A DNA stretch of 63,556 nucleotides, counting the filler, from an uncultured Methanosarcinales archaeon (GTDB lineage: Archaea > Nanobdellota > Nanobdellia > Woesearchaeales > CAYNLP01), in assembly GCA_964398115.1 (NCBI GenBank). It is 3 parts of 3 records of this genome, joined end to end, with 100 filler letters (N's around TTAATTAATTAA, not from the genome) between each part and the next. Parts side by side here need not be neighbours in the genome. Positions count along the whole stretch, not along the records: positions 26,695 to 52,547 come from CAYNLP010000013.1; 2 more parts are not named here. One strand, given 5' to 3'. Position numbers and translations under genes: made by a program. Of the stretch, positions 27,083 to 36,994 are shown piece by piece (position 1 is the first letter of the stretch; each line of letters starts with the position of its first letter). The notes under the pieces are model-generated. The model saw nothing but the letters and a program-made list of their open reading frames with translations. It was not told the DNA's origin and did not search any database.

Positions 27083-27390
27083 TTTTTTCGTGTAACTTTA
27101 CCTTATATTTAAAGCTTTATCGATAACCAAAAACGCTATTTTAATCGTTATTAATCTATAAAAGGTTAAAATAAGCTTTATTTAATTTTTTGCTGGGTAA
27201 AAACTTCTTTATTAGGTTATTTAACTACTTATTAGTTCTTTTTACTAGTTTTCCAGCTTGTTAAACTATGTGAAATTGCTTAAGGAAAACATTTATATAT
27301 GACTTAAAGAGTATTAAGGTTGGAGAATCAGTAATTCCAAGTGATAACAAAGCAGCGCGGTTGTTTTTCGCTGTAGAATAGGTATACAAA

Positions 27391-28340
27391 ATGGTTCAAC
27401 AAGTGGCGCAGAAAGCGGTTGTAGATAGTAATCCGAATCCTCTTAACGGGTCTGAAGGATTGGAAGAAGAGTCTATGGGTTCTTCAATGGAACTTGATGG
27501 GGGGAATGTTCCTTTAGAAGCTATTGTTGGACGTTTGTCTAGTTATTTTTCGCCAGACGATTATAGGTTTTCAAACGTGTCTTATGGGGTTAAAGTTACG
27601 TCGAGGAATAGTAGAAACTGGCGTACTACTGTTAATAAATACTTTGATGAAAAAGTTAGAGAAGGTAGGAGTCGAGCTATCAAAGAAAAGGAGCTATATG
27701 GTAGACTTGGCAAGAAATTGTTAACCGAGATTTTGAAGTAGAAGAGACTCCTCAATGGGTTGCCGAAGCCGTTTATCAACCAGGAAATGAACACGGCACT
27801 TTGGAAGTAAGAGTTAATCCTGAAGCTGCACAACACGTAGGGGTGGATATGAATGAGTTAGAATCTTCCCTCTCGGAACCAGGCACGCCGCAAGATTTTC
27901 CTGGAGGGGTTGAAGGAGCTCGCAACCAAGTTTACCGGATGTTCCGTGAAATGATTGGAAGGAACAGTTCATGCACTACTACCAAGAAAGAAATCGCTCT
28001 CTACATGGGGTGGGATATGGATATTGAAGAACTTGACGAAGCTATCAGAGAACACTTGGGAGGTCCAAACGTAAATTATGAAGCTATGGATAGATCACTC
28101 GGAATAGATGATATGAATGATGAAGAAAGACAAAGATTGTATGAAACAGGTATTTTAGCAAGTTACATAAGAAGAGGAGGTTCTTCTTCGCAGGCGGACC
28201 CTCCTGAAAGAGTTGCAAAAGCAGCAAGTTACCTCCTCTCTGGTCATACAGTGCCTGAAACTGTAATGAAATTTAGAGGAGATGAGGACATCTTTATGGA
28301 GCATTTGAGAAAGACAAGGGATGAATATACAGGAGCTTAA
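27391..28340 (+). CDS. Hypothetical protein, apparently one gene split by a -1 frameshift near 27704 (track ORFs 27391-27741 and 27801-28340)
   Basis: The downstream frame is open and protein-like from 27705 (TWQEIVNRDFEVEETPQWVAEAVYQPGNEHGTLEVRV), overlapping the first ORF. Confidence 0.5.
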
Positions 28341-28344
28341 AAAT

Positions 28345-29568
28345 ATGAGTAATAAAGGAGCGGAATTGGAAGTACTCGTTGCAAGAGAAGATGAAGATGG
28401 TTTAGAACCAGTTCATGAAGCAGATCAAATACTGTATCAAGGTCATAGACCTATCCAAAAAGAAGATGGTGAATACATAGGTGGTACTGCTCCAGAAGTT
28501 GCAAAGTCCATGATGGAAGTAGTGACTAGTCCAAACGAATCAGTTATGGATACAGGGAGTGAACTAGTAAGGATGCTCAAAAAGGAAGAACGGAAAGCAA
28601 GAAAGGCAGATTTGACATTAATGCCGATTGACATGCCATTTGGGGATTTCACGCCGGAAATGAGAGAAAATCCTAGGTATAATGCAAAGGCAGAAGTGCT
28701 TGGTCCTGAAAAGTTCAAGAATATAGCAGGAAAAGTACAAGGACAACACACTCATGTAGAAGTTGATGAAGAGAACTTGGTAACTTTACTTAATGAAGGT
28801 AAAGCTTTGGATCCGGTAGCCATTGCCCTTACAGCTAGCAGTCCAAGAGATGGATTTGATAATTGGAGGGTGCACGCTTATAGAGAGGTGTTATATGAAG
28901 ACTCGGATGTTGATTTGAAACTTAGATCTTTCAAAGAAGACAGGGAAGAATATGAAGCCGAGTTAGAACGTAACTTTGAATACTTCATTAATAGAGTTGA
29001 AGAATTAGGACAGGTTAGTGAAGGGATGACTCCACATAACGTGTTGCGTGGGCCTGTTAGTTACAATCAAAAATATGGGACTTTAGAGTTTAGAACAGCA
29101 GGTGCCAATCCTGACATCGGATTGATGGTCGGATACTTAGCAATGATGGATGGTGCTTTGAAAAGATCTATGAATGGCGATAGCGTGATTAAAAGAGTGC
29201 CTGGTGAAGATAGGGAAGAAAAGTTTGAGGCTTTGCGAGAGTTGAGTGAGAGGGCTAAGAGAGATGGTTTGAAGGATCCTGCTGTCAGGTCTTACACTGC
29301 TGACGTTTTACAATATGCGCGTGAAGGTTTGGATGATAGAGAAGAAGTATTGTTAGACCCGGTTGAAGGGGCGGTTAGTTCAGGTATTAATACTTCAGAT
29401 AGGATTAGAAGGTTAGCTAGTGACAGAGGTTTGGATTTGAATGATGCCAGTTCTGGGCCTCAGCTTATGAAGGCTGTGTATGATGAAATTTATCAGCCGA
29501 GTCTAGTAAGGACGAGCGAGGTTTTGAATGGTTTAAGGTATGATCAAGCAACTGACAAAGTAGCTTAA
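28345..29568 (+). CDS. Glutamate-cysteine ligase family 2 (GCS2/YbdK-like carboxylate-amine ligase)
   Basis: GAELE, EVAKSMMEVVTSP, GQHTHVEV, ALTASSP, YGTLEFR. Confidence 0.8.
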   Translation: MSNKGAELEVLVAREDEDGLEPVHEADQILYQGHRPIQKEDGEYIGGTAPEVAKSMMEVVTSPNESVMDTGSELVRMLKKEERKARKADLTLMPIDMPFGDFTPEMRENPRYNAKAEVLGPEKFKNIAGKVQGQHTHVEVDEENLVTLLNEGKALDPVAIALTASSPRDGFDNWRVHAYREVLYEDSDVDLKLRSFKEDREEYEAELERNFEYFINRVEELGQVSEGMTPHNVLRGPVSYNQKYGTLEFRTAGANPDIGLMVGYLAMMDGALKRSMNGDSVIKRVPGEDREEKFEALRELSERAKRDGLKDPAVRSYTADVLQYAREGLDDREEVLLDPVEGAVSSGINTSDRIRRLASDRGLDLNDASSGPQLMKAVYDEIYQPSLVRTSEVLNGLRYDQATDKVA

Positions 29569-29635
29569 TCACTATTCTATAGTAGTTACAATCCGAATTT
29601 ATAAAAGGGGTGAGGTATTAGTAAAAAGATAAAAA

Positions 29636-31021
29636 ATGGCAGTTACAGACCTAGAAATAGAAGAACAAAGCCTAAGAAACTCACAGCAAGAACGCTATTC
29701 TACAGGCATCCAAAACTTAAACGTGACCCGTATATGGGACTATTTCTTACACGGAAACGTACAAGCAGCCATGGAAAGAAGAGAAGGATTAGACGCTCTA
29801 GATCAAAGAGCCATAATAACAGCGGGCTCGGATGAAAACGTAGTAGTTAGAAGACAAGACTGGGATAGAGACCTAGTTAAATACTTGAACTCAATCAAAC
29901 CCAACGGGCTAGGAGCCCAACCCCAAAACATATTTGCGGTAGGAAGAGAAAAATACCAATCTTTAGCTGAAATACTCTTAGAAAACGATGAAATAAGCAA
30001 AGAAATAATAACACAGAAAAACGGAGAGGGGGCTATACAAACCTATCACAACTCCAATATTGCTAAGAAACTAGCTGATAAATGGGATGTGAAATACTTA
30101 GGATCCAATGAAGAAGTAGCAGACCAGTTCGGAAACAAAGTTAGATTCCGAAGACTCACACATGAAATCTTTCAAAACATGCACGACTACAGCTCTGTCA
30201 AGAAATCAGAAGGCAAAGAACAAATAATTGATAAACTAAAAAAATTCACCGAAGAATTCGGATCAATATTCATCAGAGGAACAAAAGGAGCAGGAGGAAG
30301 ATCCACCTACTCATACGAAGGAGAGAAAGATTTAGATGAACTAGTAGAAGCAATGCTCACCGACACAGGGAGCGAAGAATTCTTAATAGAACCACACCTG
30401 AATTCAGGATATTCTAGGATAGTCCATAACCCTTCAATATTGTACAGGATAGTAGATGATGAAGCACACTTGATAAGTCCTGTGTCTGGACAAATTTTGA
30501 TAGATAACGGTCACATAGGTAACTTTTACCCAAGCGGACTAGAGGACCGTAAGGAAGAAGGTATAAAGAACATGACGAGAACGATGATAGAAGAAGAAAG
30601 AAAAAGAGGTTACGTAGGCGAGGGTAGTATAGATTTTAGCATACTGAACCAAGGATGGATAGTACCCACGGAAAATAACACTAGGGTTACAGGCGCTTCC
30701 CCAATAGCTCATTTGAATGAAGAGTTAACGGACAGGTTCAATCAGCAACCTTACATCTTAATGTTCAACTTCGACGCCGGTTACCAAGACTTTACAGGCT
30801 TAGCAGATGAGTTAGAAGAACCAGATAGTTTACTTTTTACAGGTCAAGAAAAAGAAGGAGTGCTCCCTATAATGGCAAGATATGACGGTCACGTTATAAC
30901 TTCTGTTTTTTCACCAAATCCTGAACGCACCACAGAACTGGCTAGGGAAACTACTAAACGACTCGGAATTGAAGAATTAGATTCAGTCCTTGACGATCAG
31001 ATTCCTTGGTATAATGAGTAA
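29636..31021 (+). CDS. ATP-grasp ligase (pre-ATP-grasp/PGM1-like peptide ligase type)
   Basis: GNKVRFRRL, GAGGRSTY, GQILIDNGHIGNFYP, GYVGEGSIDF, ENNTRVTGASP. Confidence 0.75.
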   Translation: MAVTDLEIEEQSLRNSQQERYSTGIQNLNVTRIWDYFLHGNVQAAMERREGLDALDQRAIITAGSDENVVVRRQDWDRDLVKYLNSIKPNGLGAQPQNIFAVGREKYQSLAEILLENDEISKEIITQKNGEGAIQTYHNSNIAKKLADKWDVKYLGSNEEVADQFGNKVRFRRLTHEIFQNMHDYSSVKKSEGKEQIIDKLKKFTEEFGSIFIRGTKGAGGRSTYSYEGEKDLDELVEAMLTDTGSEEFLIEPHLNSGYSRIVHNPSILYRIVDDEAHLISPVSGQILIDNGHIGNFYPSGLEDRKEEGIKNMTRTMIEEERKRGYVGEGSIDFSILNQGWIVPTENNTRVTGASPIAHLNEELTDRFNQQPYILMFNFDAGYQDFTGLADELEEPDSLLFTGQEKEGVLPIMARYDGHVITSVFSPNPERTTELARETTKRLGIEELDSVLDDQIPWYNE

Positions 31022-31064
31022 ATCCAAAAACCTTAAATAATGGATGAATTTAGAGGGGTTACCC

Positions 31065-31655
31065 ATGCAAACTTACATTCAGACCACGGAGTACACCACT
31101 GCTGCATGTTCTTTAATGCTCGCAATCAATCACTTAGATGAAAGCTTCGAAGTTTGCAAAGATAACGAGTTCAAAATTTGGATGAGCAGCGCTAACCTAC
31201 CCACCCGAGCTTGTAGCATTTACGGACTAGCATGCTTTGCGAAAAAACAAGGTTTAGATCCAAAAATTGTATTAGGTGAAAAAGAGTATGAATACCCAGA
31301 TTACCGCTTCAAAGGATATACTAAGAAAGAAATTGACGAAGCAAAGTTTTCAAGTAAAATTTATCACAAAAGAGCCAGAGATATGGATATACCTATTGAA
31401 GAAAGAGAGTTCGACTTAGATGAAGTAAAGGATAATTTGAGGGATGGACATACAATATTGTTGAGAGTGAATGCCGGGGCTTTGAGGGATAGTGGAAGCG
31501 TTTCCAACTATGTTGCCGTTTATAGTTACAAAAACAAGTTCAGCATGGTTGACCCTGTCCAAGGAAAAATTAGTGTTGGAGAAGACAAGTTGCAGGAAGC
31601 TTTTGAAACTTTGGTTTCTAAGAAGAAAAGAGATCACAGAATGATTATCTTCTAG
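31065..31655 (+). CDS. Peptidase C39-like (DUF3335-type) protein, catalytic residues apparently altered
   Basis: YIQTTEYTTAACSLMLA, EFKIW...ACSIYGLA, NYVAVY...MVDP. Confidence 0.7.
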   Translation: MQTYIQTTEYTTAACSLMLAINHLDESFEVCKDNEFKIWMSSANLPTRACSIYGLACFAKKQGLDPKIVLGEKEYEYPDYRFKGYTKKEIDEAKFSSKIYHKRARDMDIPIEEREFDLDEVKDNLRDGHTILLRVNAGALRDSGSVSNYVAVYSYKNKFSMVDPVQGKISVGEDKLQEAFETLVSKKKRDHRMIIF

Positions 31656-32071
31656 ATTCTATGATGGTCATTATATATCTCTAATATCTTATTTTTCACG
31701 CTTTCGGGAACTCCTCTTGGAGCGTGTACATCTGCTTCTCTTATTACATCAAGTAGGTCATCTTCGTTTCCATATCCAGGGTTCTTTGCTATTCTCAATG
31801 CAGATTTTAAATAATCCATTTTTACCTTGTCTCCTTGTTCTTTGTGGAATCTATAATAAGTTTGCCAGAGGTCGTGTCGGTATTTGTCCCAGTCTTCTAT
31901 ACCTACATCTTCTGGTTCTAATTCAGTGGTTTCAAACGTGTAGTAATAATAATTTTGGATGTGGCGTTCAAATTCTGTATGTGAGATTTCTTCATGTTTT
32001 GCAAATGCTTCTATCTGGCTAATGTTTCTATCTACATCTTCTTCTGTAAGAGGTGGTAAATCTTCCGACAT
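31652..32071 (-). CDS. Acidic hypothetical protein
   Basis: 139-aa ORF with upstream TATA-like element. Confidence 0.6.
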   Translation of the reverse strand: MSEDLPPLTEEDVDRNISQIEAFAKHEEISHTEFERHIQNYYYYTFETTELEPEDVGIEDWDKYRHDLWQTYYRFHKEQGDKVKMDYLKSALRIAKNPGYGNEDDLLDVIREADVHAPRGVPESVKNKILEIYNDHHRI

Positions 32072-32209
32072 ACTTTCTCTTTAAATACACCACACTTAAA
32101 CATTTTTGTTACTATATAGTTTCAAACATTTATTGTCTATATTGAAAAGAAATGTTTTCTGAAGATAACATATTAAAATGAAAAATAGCTAACCTTTGAT
32201 TTCCTCCTA

Positions 32210-32968
32210 TCATCTATGTTCTGGATTGGGAAAGTCAAAGTTGCAACCTGCGTCCCACTCACTCCTCTGATTCCCGTGAGCAGGTATTCCTCCTTGATCT
32301 TTAAGCATTCTCGCCATATGCATCATGTTCCAAGTCATAAAAGTAGTGTTACGATTGGTAAACTCATTTTCCTGAGCTCCACTATCTTCATCTTTATAGC
32401 TAGGACCAGGACCTATTTCACCTATCCAACCAGAATCAACAGCAGGTGGTATGGTGAAACCGATATGTTGCAAAGAGTAAAGTATGTTCATAGCACAGTG
32501 CTTCACTCCATCCTCATTTCCTGTTAGCAGACAACCCCCAACTTTGCCATAATAGCAATATTGTCCTTTCTCATTAAGTTCCGAGGAAGTTGCATATAAC
32601 CTTTCGATTAACTGACTACATACTGAAGACTTCTCACCCAGCCAAATGGGAGATCCAATGACCACAATATCGCTGTCCATCACTTTTTCATACAATTGCG
32701 GCCACTTATCTGTTTCAAATCCATGTTCAGTCATGTCAAACCACACCCCTGGTGCGAGATCGTAATCGACTGGTCTGACCACTTCTACATCCACGTCGTT
32801 TTCTTCCATGATCGCTTTTGAAATATCTATAACTCCTCGCGTGTGAGATTCTTTCGGCGACGGCTTTAGCGTACAATTCAAGAATAAAGCTCTAAGATCA
32901 GAATAATCTGCTGGAGCCTCATCACACATTTTCTTTTGTTTTTCATTAAGTATATTCATTGATGACAC
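32210..32968 (-). CDS. Flavodoxin-family (NADPH-dependent FMN reductase/WrbA-like) protein
   Basis: LNCTLKPSP..SHT, GSPIWLGEKSS, TGNEDG. Confidence 0.85.
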   Translation of the reverse strand: MSSMNILNEKQKKMCDEAPADYSDLRALFLNCTLKPSPKESHTRGVIDISKAIMEENDVDVEVVRPVDYDLAPGVWFDMTEHGFETDKWPQLYEKVMDSDIVVIGSPIWLGEKSSVCSQLIERLYATSSELNEKGQYCYYGKVGGCLLTGNEDGVKHCAMNILYSLQHIGFTIPPAVDSGWIGEIGPGPSYKDEDSGAQENEFTNRNTTFMTWNMMHMARMLKDQGGIPAHGNQRSEWDAGCNFDFPNPEHR

Positions 32969-33090
32969 CTCAGAGAATTAGATGAAACGAAGTAATTTAA
33001 CTTTTGTGTTTAATGAATAAAAAATTCTAGCCCGTTGGAAAAAACAGAAAAACAATTAAAGAAAAAATTCGAAAATAGAATTAAGAAATA

Positions 33091-33609
33091 ATGAACATAA
33101 AGAAAATATTTAAGAAAGAAAGGAAGATATGGCACGAACACTTCATACCAGGAGTTCTAGCAGGCGTCTTAGTAGCGTTAATCTCAGAATTCTTTAAAAT
33201 GAGCGGATCAAACATCGCATTGTTTGCAAGCATTGGAGCCAGCGCCGTCATCCTAACACACGAATACAGACACCACCTAACCATGTTAAGAACAATTATA
33301 GGAAGCTACATACTAGCAGGACTAGTAGGTATAGGACTACTCCACGTGGAAATAGCTCATCCAGTAAGGATTGGCCTAGCAATAATAGCCATAACCATGA
33401 TCCTGTACTCGGTAAACCTATTCCATCCACCCGCAATAAGCGCGGGACTCGCAATACTACTCTACGACCGAGAACTACTAAGCCTAGTGTACGTGTTGCT
33501 TGTGACTTTAGCTGCCTTCATAATCCTAAGATTCTTCATCTACGTATTCCGACACAGACTAGAGGTAAAAGAATTCATGCACGAATTCCTACACGAAGAA
33601 CCTAGCTAA
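33091..33609 (+). CDS. HPP-family membrane protein
   Basis: FASIGASAV, LFHPPAISAG. Confidence 0.8.
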   Translation: MNIKKIFKKERKIWHEHFIPGVLAGVLVALISEFFKMSGSNIALFASIGASAVILTHEYRHHLTMLRTIIGSYILAGLVGIGLLHVEIAHPVRIGLAIIAITMILYSVNLFHPPAISAGLAILLYDRELLSLVYVLLVTLAAFIILRFFIYVFRHRLEVKEFMHEFLHEEPS

Positions 33610-34792
33610 AACTATAATAATCTTCTAAAACCATGCCATCCATATCCTCTAAATTCTTAACCTTGTAAAGACGACCCTCACCAATCTCCACAACCTTCCT
33701 CGCTAACTTACTACCATCCCTATCCAAATTAATACCTAACAAACTAATCGTGACATCCTTGCTACGAGCAAAACTAGCAGCCTCCAACGTTTCCTGAATA
33801 GGCTCCCTACCCCTCGTAGGCAAAGCATCCGTCAACAACATCAAATGCTTCGTCACCCTCCTATCCGAAAACATATCCACAGCCTTCCGAATAGTCTTAC
33901 TAATATTAGTCTCCATACCCGCTTGAGTACTAGCCAACTCATGCAACAAGCGCGGGAAATCCTCACACGGCTCAACAACCCTCTTAATATCACTGCCGAA
34001 AATAATCAAACCAACCTTGTTCTTCTCCCTCACCGCCTTATACGCCAAAGCAATACCTGACTTTTTAGCCATGCCAATCTTATCACCCTTCATACTACCA
34101 CTAGCATCTAACGCGTAAATAACCTCAATTTTACCCTGCTTCCGACGCTCATGAACCTTCAAATCTTCAGGCAACAACCTATCATGATTCCTCCTAATAG
34201 CTTGCTTAACACTCTGCTTTAAAGCCACATCCCTGTAACGCTCACCATGATAATCCTTAACTACATGCTTCTCACCATAAACATCCTTCTTCCTCTCCTC
34301 CTTCTTACCCCAACCTTTCAAACGCAACTTATCCAACTCCTCCATATACATTATTAAACTACTAATCTCAACCGCTTCCTGCGTAACTTGCCCATCCTTG
34401 TCAAGCATTTTCTTATCTTTTAATCTGTCAATATTATCTTCCAAGTTTTTCCGCAACTCATCACGAAATTCAGGAATGTTAACATTCTTCTTCACAAAAC
34501 TAGGATCGTAACCACTAAGTTGTCTGATCATCGTCTCCCCGTACAAGTTCTCAGCCATCTTATAATTATTAACCAAATTCTTAAACATCATATCACGATT
34601 AAAACTCGTAATACCCTGATTGATACTTTCCACAATCATCCTACCATCCTCTACTTCTTCCTTATCACCTTCAATGATAGAATGCATCAAACGCTCCTGC
34701 AAATCATCACTCTTCTTCAAACTACCTTGTTTTTCCTCAACAGGGTGTGCTTCATCAGGAATTTCAACACCCTGACTGTCAAAGATACTCAC
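33602..34792 (-). CDS. von Willebrand factor A domain protein (partner of the AAA+ ATPase)
   Basis: MIDAS LDASGSM, ETNIS, LLTDALP; GTG start overlapping the ATPase end. Confidence 0.88.
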   Translation of the reverse strand: MSIFDSQGVEIPDEAHPVEEKQGSLKKSDDLQERLMHSIIEGDKEEVEDGRMIVESINQGITSFNRDMMFKNLVNNYKMAENLYGETMIRQLSGYDPSFVKKNVNIPEFRDELRKNLEDNIDRLKDKKMLDKDGQVTQEAVEISSLIMYMEELDKLRLKGWGKKEERKKDVYGEKHVVKDYHGERYRDVALKQSVKQAIRRNHDRLLPEDLKVHERRKQGKIEVIYALDASGSMKGDKIGMAKKSGIALAYKAVREKNKVGLIIFGSDIKRVVEPCEDFPRLLHELASTQAGMETNISKTIRKAVDMFSDRRVTKHLMLLTDALPTRGREPIQETLEAASFARSKDVTISLLGINLDRDGSKLARKVVEIGEGRLYKVKNLEDMDGMVLEDYYSFS

Positions 34793-35792
34793 CGCTTTCC
34801 GCAACGTTTTCAGAAAAAGATTCAAACTGTTTCTCCACGTAATCTTCCACACTCTTCAAATACTTAACACTAGGCTTCAAACTCATACGGTGCGCTAAGA
34901 CAGAAACAACAGCATCCGCAACATCCTGACTATTAACTTTTTCTCTACCATCAACTCTAGCGTTAGCCTGAGCTCGCTCATACAAGCCAATACTAGCCCG
35001 TACACTAGGCTTCTTCTCCACGTTATCATCCTCACGCAAGTCACGCACAAACTTCATAACAGCTTGTAACAAATCATCAGAGAAGTCAACCAAATCCTTC
35101 CCCTTCTCCCTGACAATCCTAACCTCAGTCTCCAAACTTTCAGGATAATTCATATGAATCAAATCAAAACGATCAAGGAAAACATCACTCAAAGGCTCCG
35201 TGCTAACATCCTCCGGATTCATAGTACCAATAAATATAAAATCAACGTCAAAATCAACCAAGTAACTCCCAATTGTAACCTGATTTTCTTCCAAAGCCTG
35301 CAACAAAGCATTCTGCAACTTCTCACTACACCTATTTATTTCATCAAAGAACAATACGCCTTGGTGAGCACGGAAAATCTTACCAGGAGTAAAAGCCTCC
35401 AAAGACAACGGACCATACTCGATAGCTTTGATAGGATCAATATCCCCAAGCATATCCTCCGCTGTCAAGTCAGGACTCCCCTGTATACGAACAAACAATT
35501 CTTCACCACTATACTCTCGCGTTTCAACACCCTCTCCATTACGCTTCTTACTACGACACTGCGGACAAATAGGATTGTCAGGATCACACCTAAAGTCACA
35601 AGTAGACAACTCTTTCGAAGGCAACAGTTTAGAAACATTCTTAGCCAAAGTAGTCTTACCAATACCCGGCTCCCCCACCAGTATCAAGTGACGGTCAGAA
35701 ACCAAAGCAGATTTCAACTCTTTCTTCACACCTTCCTGACCAAAGATATCCTCTAAATCTGAATCCACTATATTCTCTTTAAAATCATCCAT
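34779..35792 (-). CDS. MoxR/ChlI-like AAA+ ATPase
   Basis: GEPGIGKTT, FFDEINR, GTMNP, FLDRF; Cys insert CDFRCDPDNPICPQC. Confidence 0.88.
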   Translation of the reverse strand: MDDFKENIVDSDLEDIFGQEGVKKELKSALVSDRHLILVGEPGIGKTTLAKNVSKLLPSKELSTCDFRCDPDNPICPQCRSKKRNGEGVETREYSGEELFVRIQGSPDLTAEDMLGDIDPIKAIEYGPLSLEAFTPGKIFRAHQGVLFFDEINRCSEKLQNALLQALEENQVTIGSYLVDFDVDFIFIGTMNPEDVSTEPLSDVFLDRFDLIHMNYPESLETEVRIVREKGKDLVDFSDDLLQAVMKFVRDLREDDNVEKKPSVRASIGLYERAQANARVDGREKVNSQDVADAVVSVLAHRMSLKPSVKYLKSVEDYVEKQFESFSENVAESGEYL

Positions 35793-35823
35793 ACCCAGTT
35801 AAAAAAATGTGAAATTTATAAAA

Positions 35824-36105
35824 TTATTCTATCTTGAACTTCGCCGGTTCAATCTGTTCCTTATGACAATCAGGACACTTACTAGGAGTTTCAACCTTCC
35901 TCCTATCCCTATACTGATAACCACAACTCTTACACTGAGCCGGCTTCATAAACAAAGTTTGACCACTACCCTTAATATCATTCTCAATAAAGTTAAAATC
36001 ATCTATTATCTCTTTCAATGGAGCACGGTAATGAAAAGCGATCTCCTGCAAACTAAAAAAATCCTCTTCCAACAATTGCTTAATAGCTTCTCGTCTCGTA
36101 AGCAT
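35824..36105 (-). CDS. Archaeal HTH + Zn-ribbon predicted transcriptional regulator
   Basis: MLTRREAIKQLL...PAQCKSCGY...PSKCPDCH. Confidence 0.8.
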   Translation of the reverse strand: MLTRREAIKQLLEEDFFSLQEIAFHYRAPLKEIIDDFNFIENDIKGSGQTLFMKPAQCKSCGYQYRDRRKVETPSKCPDCHKEQIEPAKFKIE

Positions 36106-36145
36106 GTAAAAAAAGAGAATGATAAATATGTTTTTAAGCGTTCGG

Positions 36146-36991
36146 CTACCGACCAAGCCTTTCAACCACAAACACAGAACCAAAACCAATAAAAGCAAAC
36201 ATGATAACCCCCATCAAACTCTCTCTCCAACTCCCATTCCAAATAACTTCAGCAGGAAGTCTCAAACTACCAACCATTAAACCCGTTAAGAAACCAATAG
36301 TTTTATTCCTATACTTATGCAATAAGTAATGGAGCAACTTAGAAAAACTTAGTAACCCAATCGCAGCGCCAATTCCAAAAACAGCAATCTCCCCCATTCT
36401 AAAATTATTAATCATCTCAAGAACATACTCATACTGATTCAAAATTAAAAGAATAAAAGCACCTGAAACACCAGGCAATATCATAGCCGTAATAGCTAAA
36501 GCACCACTAAAAAACAATACAGACAAAGAATGGCTAGCACCTAAACCATTAATACTCACTATCAAAAATCCTAACAAAATCCCTGAAAAAGAATACAATA
36601 TAGTGTACTTATCCACCTTTTCAAGATCTTGATAGAGAAAAACCGCTGATCCAAGTATCAAACCAAAAAAGAAAGAATAAGTTACCAATCTAAAATCCTT
36701 CAATAATCCTGCAATAACAGTAGAAAGAACTGCAAAAGCCACTCCAATCCCAAACAAGAGAGGAACAAATAGAGACCAGTCAATCCCTCTCAAGTTTTCA
36801 AGATGAGAATCAAAATCAGTTATATCCTCCCAATTTCTAGGATTAAATAAATCCGCAACATAAGAAATTCCATCTACAAGTCTAGTGTAAATACCCGTTA
36901 TGAAAGCGATAGTCCCTCCCGAAACTCCTGGAATGATATCCGCAGAGCCCATGAACAAACCTTTCAAAAAAATAAGAAATTCCTCTCTCAA
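36146..36991 (-). CDS. DUF368 membrane protein (polyprenyl-phosphate transporter family)
   Basis: MGSADIIPGVSGGTIA and AMILPGVSGAFIL repeats. Confidence 0.88.
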   Translation of the reverse strand: MREEFLIFLKGLFMGSADIIPGVSGGTIAFITGIYTRLVDGISYVADLFNPRNWEDITDFDSHLENLRGIDWSLFVPLLFGIGVAFAVLSTVIAGLLKDFRLVTYSFFFGLILGSAVFLYQDLEKVDKYTILYSFSGILLGFLIVSINGLGASHSLSVLFFSGALAITAMILPGVSGAFILLILNQYEYVLEMINNFRMGEIAVFGIGAAIGLLSFSKLLHYLLHKYRNKTIGFLTGLMVGSLRLPAEVIWNGSWRESLMGVIMFAFIGFGSVFVVERLGR

Positions 36992-36994
36992 AAG

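Noticed and set aside
27391..27510. Double-glycine RiPP leader (MELDGG) in the orphan ORF
   Set aside because: Weak match to the leader consensus, and the nearby C39-like protein looks inactive
33602..35792. Magnesium chelatase / tetrapyrrole synthesis
   Set aside because: No ChlH/CobN subunit; a generic AAA+/VWA chaperone pair is more parsimonious
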